Assembly (NCBI RefSeq): GCF_018977255.1
Contig: NW_024704743.1
Location: forward strand, 13,952,001 to 14,016,000
Source of the DNA: Callorhinchus milii
Lineage: Eukaryota
Direction of reading: 5' to 3'
Length of the DNA: 64,000 bases
Under the pieces are notes generated by a model, which saw only the letters and a program-made list of their open reading frames with translations, was not told the origin of the DNA and ran no database searches. How positions within the stretch are numbered: the first letter of the stretch is position 1; every line of letters begins with the position of its first letter. A program made the translations under genes and the position numbers. Shown piece by piece: positions 14,501 to 26,980 of the stretch.

Positions 14501-17500
14501 AATGCACAAAACTACTGATAGAATGAAATGTCTACGGTCTCAAATTTGGTGAATAAAAATGTAGTTAAAAGATGTAACAGCTGTGCATTAGTCAGAACAG
14601 TCTGAATGCGAGAGAAAGAAAACTTGCATTATTACAGCACCTTATGTTGAAAAGTCTTAAAGCGTTTCACAAGAAATTATTGCCAAGTATAGTAAGAGTT
14701 TTGCAGGCAAACATGGCAATTGTTTGCACCAGCAAGATCCCATAGACAGCCATGAGATGAATGATCTACTAATGGCCAAGCAGTGAAATTGCACTAAGAA
14801 CTACCATGTAGCAAGCTATGAAAACAGACCAGATGATAGCTTGCTACAAACAGACATTGAGTTACTATTGATATATTAGAGTGGCTTTAACATTGGTGTT
14901 TCCTGGATGTTGACATGTAAATCAGAGATACACGAACTGAGCGAATAGCACATTATTTCTGTGATGAAGTATATTACATAGCCATCCAATTGAAAGTTAA
15001 CTTTGGGAAATAAGATTTGGAAAATAAAGGTCAGTTCACAAATGAAGAAATGTGATGTGATAATATTTTGTGTACAAAGGACTAAAATTGACTAGTTTTC
15101 GATTCCTTATGGAAGCTACAACTGGATGAGTGGACTAGTCCCTTACTACTTTATCACTTATTTATCAAACTTATCAAATTTGAACCTGCTCCAAATTTTC
15201 CATCAATTGAACAGATATCACAATGAATATTTATCAAGCACATAATTGATTCCAAATGCAATCAGCATGTTCCAATTCTCACCTTACCCACATAACAGTC
15301 AGTGTTCAGTGCAAAAGGTGTAGCACTGATCTAGAATCTCATTCCAGTCCAATTCTAGGCTAGTCTTTGAAACTTCAAAATCCCTGCTACCTGTAACTGC
15401 ATTAATATAATCACTTCCCCCACAATGGTTTGCATAAAAACGTCAAGGAAAAAAGTGACTGCAAAGCAGGTCATTGAATATCAAAAATGAGCATCAGTAA
15501 AGATCACACAATCAGATTACATGAATGTTTCTGGGAATACAGGACTCTGCCAACTTTAACAGTAAGTTTAAAATATATATTGGCGTTGTGTCTAATGGTA
15601 AATGATGCTCATTTGATCCAAAGCAATTATTGCACATTTGTGAACTTTGTGACATCACAAATCCCATTTTGAATTAAAGCATGCAACAGTGATGAATACA
15701 ACAGTAGTTCATAAAAAGGGAAACTAACAATCTAAATTCAAATTTTTAATTAATTATTTGTCTGTTAGTTTCAATGAGTGTCTTTTGTTAGAATTAGTTG
15801 ACAAGGCATCTTGACTGCAAAGGACATGACAGTTTTTCTTTTACCAGTCAGGTATAGCTGCAAGTATTTCTTTGGAATCATGTTCACTGAAAATACCAGA
15901 GGGGGAGAGAAACAAAACCAATAGTGTAGAGAATTGCTTACTGGCTTTGTCAGATTTCTCCTTCTGTTCTAGGAAATCATCACGTTGTCCAGATAACTGC
16001 TGCATCCGTCCACGAAGCTGAGAGATTTCGTCCTCTTTCAGTTCCAATGTTTCATGCATCTGCCGCTTTGTCTCGGCGATCACCATACCCTGAAATCAAT
16101 CATTTCTGCTCAGTTACATTTACCACCTCTAATGCAATTCCAGTTAATGTTACTGCGCTTTTCAAAACAAATGTCTTTTACTGCAAACCCATAATTAACA
16201 ATAAGTGTACACAATATGGTACCAATGCTGTGAAATATGCTGGTAAAACTAGGCAGATAACTTTGTGTAATTAATTGCAAAATAAAGACAAATGAGGTCA
16301 ATATGCAGAAGAGAATTTACATGGCACAGCATGCACCAGTCCACACTCTCCATTGTGTAGTCAATCCTGTTGCTCTCCAGTGACTGACCAAGCACAAGTA
16401 CTCACCTCCCTGAAAAACTACTCACCTTATCTTGCTCCAGCTGTTCAATTAAATTCTTTGCATCTCTCAGCTGAGTGATCAATTTAGTCTTTTCACCAGT
16501 ATGCAGATTCTAAAGAAAACAGACTGTAATGACACATTCCATCTGACATTATCATATTACAGTATATTCACCCCCTTAGGAAAATCAAACGATTCAGTTA
16601 CAGTCCATATGTGCATTTTTGATGTTCCTGCCAGCTATAAGGGGATCAACCCAAGGGGTATAGAACAGAATGCCCACTACATTAGCAATTAGTGCAACGT
16701 TTTAGGACCAGCAAGATTGCACGAAAGGCTGGTAGCCTGCTCTCTTCGCTATCAGCTATCATAGGTCTGTTGCCCGTCCCCTGGTCCCATTGGTGGCCAT
16801 GTCTACAAGCACTGCATCCCTAATCACTGGACCACCCTGCGTCACCTCCTCCAACTTCTCTCTTACTGAGGTCCAACCCCACCACTATGCTGTGCTCCAA
16901 GACTGTTTCCTGTGTAAAGGGCGCAATGTAAATGCAAGTTGTTGTTATACATCAAAGCAGCTGTGAAGTTTTTACTGACCTTTATTTTCTCCAATTCTTG
17001 GTATCGTTCCTCAAGTTGCTCTTGTAGGGCTTCTTTCTCACTGGTTAGTTGGCTGCAGCGTTCCTTATGGGTACGAATCATTTCTTTGCATCGCTGGAGA
17101 AGATTTTCCTGTCTCTTCACTCGCTTTTCAAGAACATCTGTTGTTTTAGCAAAATCTGCAGCTCCCTCTACAGGACAAAACGTTAAATGTATGCATCTCC
17201 AAAGAAAACCCAAACTCCATTGCAAGTTTTGGAAAAATGTTAGTTTTGTACAGATATTGTAGATTAAAATTAGAACTACATCGAGGCTAGAAAAAAAGGC
17301 TTGTGAAATGAAACAAACCTAAAATAACCTACAATGTTAAATATATCACAAAGATACAATACAGCATGAACTACAATTAATGCAAAAAAACTTATGGCAC
17401 TTGAAAAACGCGATTGAACAGACTTGTTACTATATGAATAGAATAAAACATCATCTAGGAATTTCAGTTAAGTTACAATATAAACCTTGCGCCTACATTT

Positions 17501-20500
17501 GATCAATTACCCCCACTGATGTGAGCTTTTATTTAAAAAAAAGTTTTTTTTCTTTGCTTCAATTTTCCAATTTTAAGGCCAATAAGATACATCTGTGACC
17601 TGTTCTCAGACGTTCACCAATGTGGCTCTGAAACTAGCTATTAAAAGATGAAAGTAGCCGTAGGATTCTCCATCCTTCACTTTGAGAAGCATCTGACTCA
17701 GGAATCATAGCACCTTAGATGACAGCTCAGTGTAAGGCAGATTTTAGAGTCAAAAAATATTTTGCCACCAAAATACACAGTCACACGATTTTACAATATA
17801 TCCTGTGGAGTGCTTTCAGACGACTCAATGAAGTGATAAGGCGCTGTGTCAAATTAAAGTAATATTTTTGTTATTATAACTGCCCACGTCCCACTGCATT
17901 GCCCCAACAGATTTAATTGTTTGCTCCTAAACATTAAAAGGGAAAGTCCATTCTGATTCAAACTATTGCCTATAAACATTAAAGAAAATAGTCAAACAAG
18001 CGCAGTTTAAATATTGTGACAAATCCTTGCATGTTTTAAGCATTAGCTGAGATCCATGTTCTCCAATTCTAGGCTGCTCTGAAGCAACATCATTGATCTT
18101 AAATGCAAGAATAAATGGAAGGATTATGATTATTATCTTACAGTATGGGTATACTGGTCTGGTCCCAGGCTTATCCAGAGCCACCCAAGCTAGAGGTTGA
18201 GATCCCAGGAATCCCGATCCCAGGATCCTGTATGGTAACTCATTGAAGAGAATCCTGAGATGTTGAGATTTTATAAAGGCCGAGCCTGGGCCACACGTTG
18301 CCACAAGGGAAGATGAACTGGCGGGAGCGGACTGTCAGATGTTTAAACTCCTGGGCCCCCTCCCCACAAGGGGGACATTCTCTCTGAGGTACAGCACTAG
18401 TGCAGAGAATGACTGCAGGCATTCTGGACAAGGTAAGATTTGGGATCCCAGGATCTGGGGCATTAAAATCCTGGAATCCCAGGATTCTGAATGAGCACCG
18501 GCATTTCAACCTCTATGCCCAACTCTCGTAACGTTCAGTAAAGCAAGTATGCAGTACAAGACCCCATTCAGCATTGAACTTCGCCAGGGGTGGTCATGAA
18601 TTTAATTAACATTTATATTTCAGCAAAATCCTTTCCTTGAAGCACTGATACGTTACATTAATAACGCTTTGATCTTTATTTCAGTAATGTTCTTTATTTC
18701 AGTTCTCCATTGCCTTATAGAACATTACCTCCTGACCCATCGGCACTGTTCTCCCCATGGCTAGGACTCTGTTGATCTGTCTCAGTTGTTTCGTTTTCAG
18801 TGGACTGAGCTGTAGATTCTGGTTCGGCATTAGTCTCCCCAAGGACCATCCTTCGTTTTAGTAATAAAACCTGTGAAAATAAATAAAAATTACCAGTAGT
18901 TATCATATTAAATTTCCTTATGAAGATTACAAAAGCCATTTTTCAAATATTAAGTATTTGCAATTTCACCCACAAAATATACAGCCAATACACTTTACAC
19001 TACCATCACCAACATAGATTAATGGGCTGAATGGCCTCCTATGCTGTGAGCATTCTATGATTTGACCACTTCCAGTTTTGCCTGATTACGTTAGTGCTTA
19101 TCAAATAATTATTCCCTATGATTCCAAGGCAGGTGCAGGGGAAATCAAGAGTCGGAGGGAGATTAAAATGATAGATTTTAAATTGGACCCAGTCATTTTA
19201 TGCCCACAACAGTGAAGCTGCCTTACTGATCACTTATCAAATACCAAGATTATTTGCTTTAGCATTTGTCCAGCATCTGATATTTTATCAAAGTGTAAAT
19301 GTTTCCTTTTTTCTTTCATTACCTGGGTCTGTAGGACACCAATTAGTTGGTCTTTCTCCTCCAGGGCTGCCTCAAACTCCTCCTGAATATGTTTCTTTGC
19401 TTGCTGATCCATTTGCAGTTCCTAGGTGTTGAACAGAAAAACATCATGAAGATACAACAAGAGCTAGTTTTAACAAGAACTTCAATAAAAAATAATAAAT
19501 TATAACTCAGTCATTTCACCTCTTGACATTTATAACAGAGACACCTGAGGTTATGGTCTGATCAGTACAGACCATAACACACTGGAATACAGACATATAG
19601 GGTCATCAAATAACGCAAATGTAATTTGTCATCAAGTGCAGAAATATATTGAGCTCCCGCTCCCACTTACTCCACCCAAGTCCAGTCCTCAGCCATGTGG
19701 GTGGTGGTGGGGGAGAGGGGTAATCAGGGTAAGAGAGAATTCAAATAATTTCCATTAGACATTGTTAAATGTCTTCATGCAGGAACAAAAGGAAAACACA
19801 GCATTGGGAGCAAATTTAAGTTCCTTCTAAGCTATGGCATAGATGATAGGACACTACTATAGCCAGCTATCCACCACTGTTGCATTCATTGCTACTGGCA
19901 CAAAGATTGAAAATAATAGGTTAAGTTTCATTTCAGACAATTTCAAAGCATTAGGAGCCGTTTACAATTATGCTCTCTGCTGGGAAAGGTAAATTGCAAG
20001 ATGAAGAAAAGGGGAAAAAATACCTTAAAAAGGAAGACTAGTGACTTCTTAATGGATAATTGCACTGAGTCATACACGGGGACTTTCAGAACATAAGAAA
20101 GCTGAATCCTTGCCTTTTGCAGATGTCTGCCAGCCTTCATATATAGAGGAAGGTACTCCAGAGTATCTTTCCAAACTGCCACACTGTTTAATTGTGAAAT
20201 GTGAGACATTCCAGCTCTGGAACTTTATACCTGGATATTCAGCTTTGTATAGCTGGAGTCCATGCGTATTACATTATCAAGAATTGTGTTCCATTTGGTA
20301 AAAAGCACAGTACATGAAAAAACGCACAAGGATACGGTTCTAGTTTATCAAGTTTTCTCATTTACATTGTGGGCATGCATGTCTTAAAATACATTTATTG
20401 AATGGCTTTTGAACTGCAACAATAAAAGTTCTTTTCTTGTAGAAATATTTGACAGCGAACATTTACATTCAAACCTAGTAATTTGATGTATGTCAAGCTC

Positions 20501-23500
20501 CCTTCTTCCTTCCCCATGTTCAGACTATGAAGCTTTTTGTTACAACTTGGATGAATTCAAACACTAGGTTTTGTCCAAATAATTCCTCCACAAACTTCCA
20601 TAGAATTGGGATTTGCATTCAAAAATAGTAGGACAAAGATGCACTCTCAGCTTTATCTTTATTTCGTACTTCAGTCAGATGACAGTGGTGTGGTTACATT
20701 GATATATTAAGAGAAATCTTCAATAAAAAAATTACAACTTATAGCACATCTCATGTAAAATAATCATCCTGAAGTGCTTTGCAGAATGAGATTAACTAAA
20801 AATAATATGACGTTCTTATGTAGGAAAAGGCTACGTAAAACCTACATTAAAATTTTCCCAGTAGCAAATATCTCTTTGGATTAGCAAAACTCAATTGATC
20901 TTGTCCTACTTATTGTCATCCTTTCTCCCTCCCCCCACCACCCATTATAACATTGAACTGCATGTCCTTTTCATATATTATGCATCACTGCTCAGCAGAT
21001 AAAGAAAGACAAAACATCTCAAGTTACTACTTCATCCACATTAGTATGCTGCGGAGCCTCATGTTTCCACATTAAGTTTTGTTTCCTTCAGCAAATGCGA
21101 TTCACATAAAAACATTAACAATTAAGTTTTACTCTCATTTAGTGAATATGTAGCTTAAATTTGAAAAGTCTTTGATGCACAATTTTTTTTTACGAGCTAC
21201 ATAGAGTGTTGTTTAGGGTGCAGGCTGACAGCTTTGCAGGGCTATTTCTGTCAGATAACTTCATGCCAGTCTTAAAGCAAGCCTGAGATAAACTGTTTTT
21301 GTGTGCAGCAAAGTTGTCAACTTAAAAGACACCATTTCCTGTCAATAGTGACCAATGACCTCAATATTACAGGCAAAACGAGAATACCAGGTACATTCCA
21401 AACACATGCATGTACCAAATAGGTTCATATTCTGTTCAACTCCAACACAACGACAAATACATTTAAAATCCATAGTGTAAATTACAAACATGTTAGATGT
21501 TAATCAAACTTTGAATTACCTTAATATACATTAGGAGCATTAACTACTGAAAATACCGTGGGTGTAAAACACCAAAAGCTTCTGCCCCTCCAAAAAATAC
21601 TATCCCAATGTGCACATATATTACATGCCAACTGCAAGCACGAGATACTCTGCAGCAACTTTCAAGAGGTTAAAAAATTATTTGCTCAGATCATCTAAAA
21701 TGGAATCCATATTTTTCATATAATAATCAGCAACTTTAACATCAAATTTAGGAACAGATAAAATTAAAAAGAGTAAAACCTTTGAAGATTCAATATTTAG
21801 TCACCATCTGATCTGTATTGTTCTAGCAGCAAAACATGCAAAAGCAACAGCTCTATTTCAAAAATGTGCAAGCAGAGCCTTACCTCACGAAGTTCTCCAA
21901 TTCTACGAAGAGATTTGTCTTGAGCTTGACTCAAAATTGCCTAAAAGCAGTGATAGAAAATAGTTTAGTATTACAATATACCCCACTTGCAGATAGCTTA
22001 GTGTTACAGCATGCAGCAGTCACATATCTGAAGAGGTACTGTTTGAAGATCAGCCACAATAGAATTTCTCCATTTTGATTTCACAGCGATCTTTACTTTT
22101 CCTATTCCACTTAAAGATTCCTGCAGCAATTGGTGAAGTAAATTACTACAATTATTGCTTCTGAAAATATCATTACAATATTTAAAATGATGTTGCTGAA
22201 TCACCCTTACCTTTGGAAAACAATACTTTCATCACTATTTTAGAAGTTTCACAAACAACAATGCATGTGTTATGACAGACAAATCATCAGAGCGTAAATG
22301 ACTTGCATCACGCACGACTAACTTACAACGGATTTGTAAAAACAGTAACTAAATGAGTGCAAATATTCTGAAAACTATGTACTGAAGCTTTATCATTCTT
22401 TCAGGCTTGCATGGCTACACCAGAATAAAGTCCATTGATTTGAATGTTAAACTACCACAACATTTCAGCTGAACATTTTCATAAGCATTTCTCACCGAGC
22501 TAAAATGGACACAGGTGAATGTGTTGCAAGATTTCCAAAATATTCTTCAGTAGAGCTCTATTATAACAAGGGTCCATTTGTAATGCAGGTTCACTGTGAA
22601 CCCAAGGTCGGCTTCTCACACCGGCTTCATCCCCGAGGACTAAACAATGGCTGATGTTGGCCATCAGGTTATTACAAGCCAGCAGCAACCCGATGACTTG
22701 AAGCCATCAATTTTCTGTGCATGTGCGCAGTAACATCGCTAGTCATGTGATTGGTACTGTCACGATGTGGACATGCTAACAAGTGGTTGCGCCCCATTAT
22801 AACGCTGGTTGGGAAGATATTGTGTTATAATGCAGCTCAACTGTACAATGTTGGGAGGAAGTCCCAAGGTACAGATGAACTATAGAGCAGATAGTCTCTA
22901 TAACACGTCTGAACAACAACAACTTGGATTTATATAGCGCCCTCCACGCCGGACGGCATCTCAGAGCGCTTCACAGTAACGGATCCCGGGGCCGAGCTAG
23001 GGGGAGGGGGAGGAAGGTGACCAAAGGTGCGGTCGAAAAGAAAGGTCTTCAGCAGAGATCTGAAAATAGGAAGAAGCGAGGTGAAGGGAGTGAGGAAAGG
23101 AGTTCCAGAGCCTCGGGGCATAGTGGCTGAAGGCACGGCTGCCGAGGGTGGAGCGCAGGACTCGGGGGACAAGGAGGAGGCCAGACCTGGAGGAACGAAG
23201 GCAAAGGGCACTGTTTTGAAGAAAGAGATCAGAGACGTAGGGGGGTGTGGAGGAGTGGAAGGATTTGAAGACAAGGGTGAGGATCTTGAAATCGATCCTC
23301 TCTGGGACAGGAAGCCAGTGCAGTTTGGCAAGGACTGGGGTAATCGGGGAGCACAGTTTGGTGCCGGTGAGAATGCGGGCGGCAGAGTTTTGAATAATCA
23401 GGATTTTATGGATGGTAGTGGAGGGGAGGTCACAAGGAGGGAGTTTGAGTAGTCCAGCCGAGAGGTGTCAAAGGCATGGACCAGGGTTTCAGCAACTTTC

Positions 23501-26500
23501 GGAGAGAGGTATTGGCGGAGACAGGTGATGCGTCGGAGGTGGAAGAAAGCGGTGCTGGTGAGGGACCGGATGTGGAGGAGGAAGGATAACTGGGGGATGA
23601 AACTGATGCCTAGGTTGTGTACGGGTTCGGAGAGTTTTAGGGGGAGGTCCGTTAGGTGGAGGAGGTGAGAACCGTGAGATTTTAGGCGTTGATGAGTGCC
23701 AAAGAGTATGGCTTCCGTCTTGTCAACGTTCAGCTGAAGGAAATTTGCGCTCATCCAGCCCGAGGTCTGATAGGCAGGCTGACAGAACATCAGGGGACTG
23801 GGGGTCGCAAATAGAGGTGGAAAAATAGAGTTGGGTGTCGTCCGCATACATGTAGAAATGTACCCCATGTCTGCAGATGACATCCGCAAGAGGGAGCATA
23901 TAGATCAGAAAGAGAGGCGGCCAAGGATGGATCCTTGGGGTACACCACAGGTAACCGGGTGAGAGCGGGAGGAGAAGCCGTTTGTGCAGATGTACTGCTG
24001 GCAGTTTGTGAGGTAGGACTCGAACCAGGCGAGTGCGGCCCCACTGAGGTCGATGACGGAGGAAAAGCGGTGGAGGAGGATGGCGTGGTCGACTGTGTCG
24101 AACACGGCGGAGAGGTCCAGGAGGACAAGGAGGCAGAGGAAGCCCTGGTCACAGATAGAGAGGATGTCGTTTGTGACTTTCACAAGCTCTGTAGTGTGGG
24201 CGGAAACCGGACTGGAGGAGTTCGAAGAGGGGGTGGGAAGAGAGGTGTGCGCGAAGTTGATTGGCAACAACGTGTTCTAGGATTTTTGCGAGGAAGGGCA
24301 GGTTAGAAATAGGGCGGTAGTGGTTGGGGTTTGAGGGATCTAGGGAAGGTTTTTTGAGGAGCGGGGTGATGACAGCGAGTTCTGAAAGAGACAGATACTT
24401 CTTAAATTTAATATCAAATTAAGTGTTTTCTGCCGAACAGAAACTGGATGGAGAGTGCCGAAACTTATTTCAAATAGGACCCTTGACCATTAGAGGGATA
24501 CGTTGTAAATTAGTCAGTGCCACATCCAATGGCTAGAATCTAACAATGCAACAAAAAGAAAAGAAACATTACTTTTATACTACAAACTGTTCATCTTTCG
24601 TCACAGGTACGACTTGCATTGATATCATGCTTTCACATTGAGTACGTGTTGGAGCCCTTCACAGGAATGTAGTTAGACACTGAGTAAGGGAAGGAGTTAG
24701 CGGCAGGTGGCCATGGGCGAGTTCAAAGAGGTAGTATTTGTCGTGGGTCTTACACAAAAAGAGAGGAGATGAGAGAGTGCTAGAGCAGGAGTTCCAGAGG
24801 TCAGGAGCTTAGGAACTGAAGGCTCAGCCACTGATGGTGGTGAGGAACAGGTGAGCTTGCAGCAAGCTTGAGTTTGTTAAGTGATGGAGGTCGGGCTGGG
24901 AGGAGGGTAGGAGATCAGAGATAAGGGGATATCAAGGAGTGGATTGATTTGTAGGTGAGGGTGAGGACCTTGAAATCAATCTGCTGGGAGCCAGTGAGGA
25001 CTGGGATGATGGCCATGCAAAGTTTGGTGTAGGTGCCGGAATTTTGATGAGTTGCAACTTGTGATTAGCGGAGCAAGTGAAACCAGTGAGGAGTGCACTG
25101 GAAACGTCTAAGTGGGATGTGAGAAAGTATGAATGAGTGTTTCAGGGGCATTTGGTTCAAGATAAGGGCGGAGGTGTACAATGGGGCGAGGGTGAAGGAA
25201 GGTGGTTTGGTGAGGGACCGGATGTGATGGACAAAGGAAAGCTGGATGTCGACCAGGACACCAAGATTGTGCATCTGCGCAGAAAATTTGAGAGAGGCTA
25301 AGAAGACTGAAGAGATCAGACAGAAGAGACGGGAGGAGACAATTAGTGCAAATTTTTGGACATGTGTAAGCAGGGCAATGTCACATGTACAAACACTTGA
25401 AGTGCCTATTATTTACCTGCATTTTTTCTTTGTCTCTCTGCAAAGTTCGATAGGCAGTGACTAACTGTAAAAAGAAAATAGATGAATTTACAAAATGCCT
25501 ATGAGGGAATTTGCATGATGGTGTCAAAACATCTGTACTTTAATTTACAAAAATGTAAGCACTTAAATATGTGCAATTTTACAATTTAGCAGAATTTATT
25601 TACACCAGGTTTTGATTATACTTAACATTCCTCAGTTTCATAGCTTCCAACATTCTCCAATAATAAAAGGGAAAAAATTTGAATCCTACATATAATACAG
25701 AGGTGAGGTGATCAGTGATCAGATTCAACTTGTGCATACCGAGACCCAACAATATGAAATACAATTTGTTTTTATTAGTGCCTTTCACATTGGGAGGATG
25801 TCTCAAAGCTCTAACACTTAGCTGGGAGGAGAAAGGTGACTGAAAGCGCAGTCAAAGATTATTCCTGAGATTGCACTGAATGAGGGAAGGAGTGAGCCCA
25901 AGGGACTCCAGCATAGAGTTCCAGAGAGTGGCAGGAGAATGGCTGAAAGCCTGCCTGTCGATAGTGGGGCAAATAGGGCCGGGGCCATGAACAGGCCAGT
26001 GTTTGCTGAGCAAAGGGAATTATTGGGTTTGTAGGGTTGAAAGAGGTCACAAGGGCCGTGGAGGAATGGAATGCGAGAAAAAAGATCCAGAACTCGATAT
26101 GTTGATGGAAAGCTAGTGGAGCTGAGGGATGACAAGGGTGATAGGCTTGTAGTGCCTGAGCAAGAGGTCCAGGGTGCAGCCTATGTAGGGAAGAGATAGG
26201 GAGACCAGCAAGCAGAGGATTGGCATAGTGAGCCAATATACTAAAAACTATTACAAGTTTATTGAGTATCTGAAACTAATTAAATAGATGCAATAAAAGT
26301 ACTAAATCATTGTGCCTTGGCATGAAAGAAAACAAGTTCAATCCTCTTAGAACAGAGAGAAGTAAGGGGGAGAGAGAAGGGGCAGAGAGGAGTGAGGGGG
26401 AGAGAGAAGGAGTGAGGGGGAGGGAGGAGGGGGAGAGAGAAGGAATAAGAGGGTCAGTATCATGCCCCATTAACAACAAGAACTGACATTTATATAATGC

Positions 26501-26943
26501 CCTTCATGCAGGTAGCATGCCCTTTCTCGGACTGCTTAGTGAATTCACTATTCTATGAATTCAGATATCTAGTAGAGAGCAGGATTGTTGGATGCCTGTA
26601 AGCAGACTTTATTTATTGTGGTAGGAGTTGGTCAGATTAGAAAATTAGAAGGCGATTGATTTGCTCACAAAAGAAACTCAACAAAAATCATTACAATTTA
26701 GTTATATGCACAATGCCTGTGCTCTTTCCCCACTCAGCTTTCAACCAGCAAAGCCCGCATCATGTCAGGAGTCTTCAATTATTATTTGTTCCTCAAGTAC
26801 TCGTGCAAGATATGTAAATGGCATTATACAAATCTAATTTTGTTGTTGTTGTAAAATGAATATATGGAGCACCATTCTGTATTATGGGGCAAGAGGTATA
26901 CCAAGTAGTTGCTCTATTAGTTGACCCTGCTGCTCTTTGTCAG

Positions 26944-26980
<37 letters not shown>

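Noticed and set aside
23027..24306. Plus-strand Gly/Glu-rich ORFs
   Set aside because: Antisense frames of the L2 element
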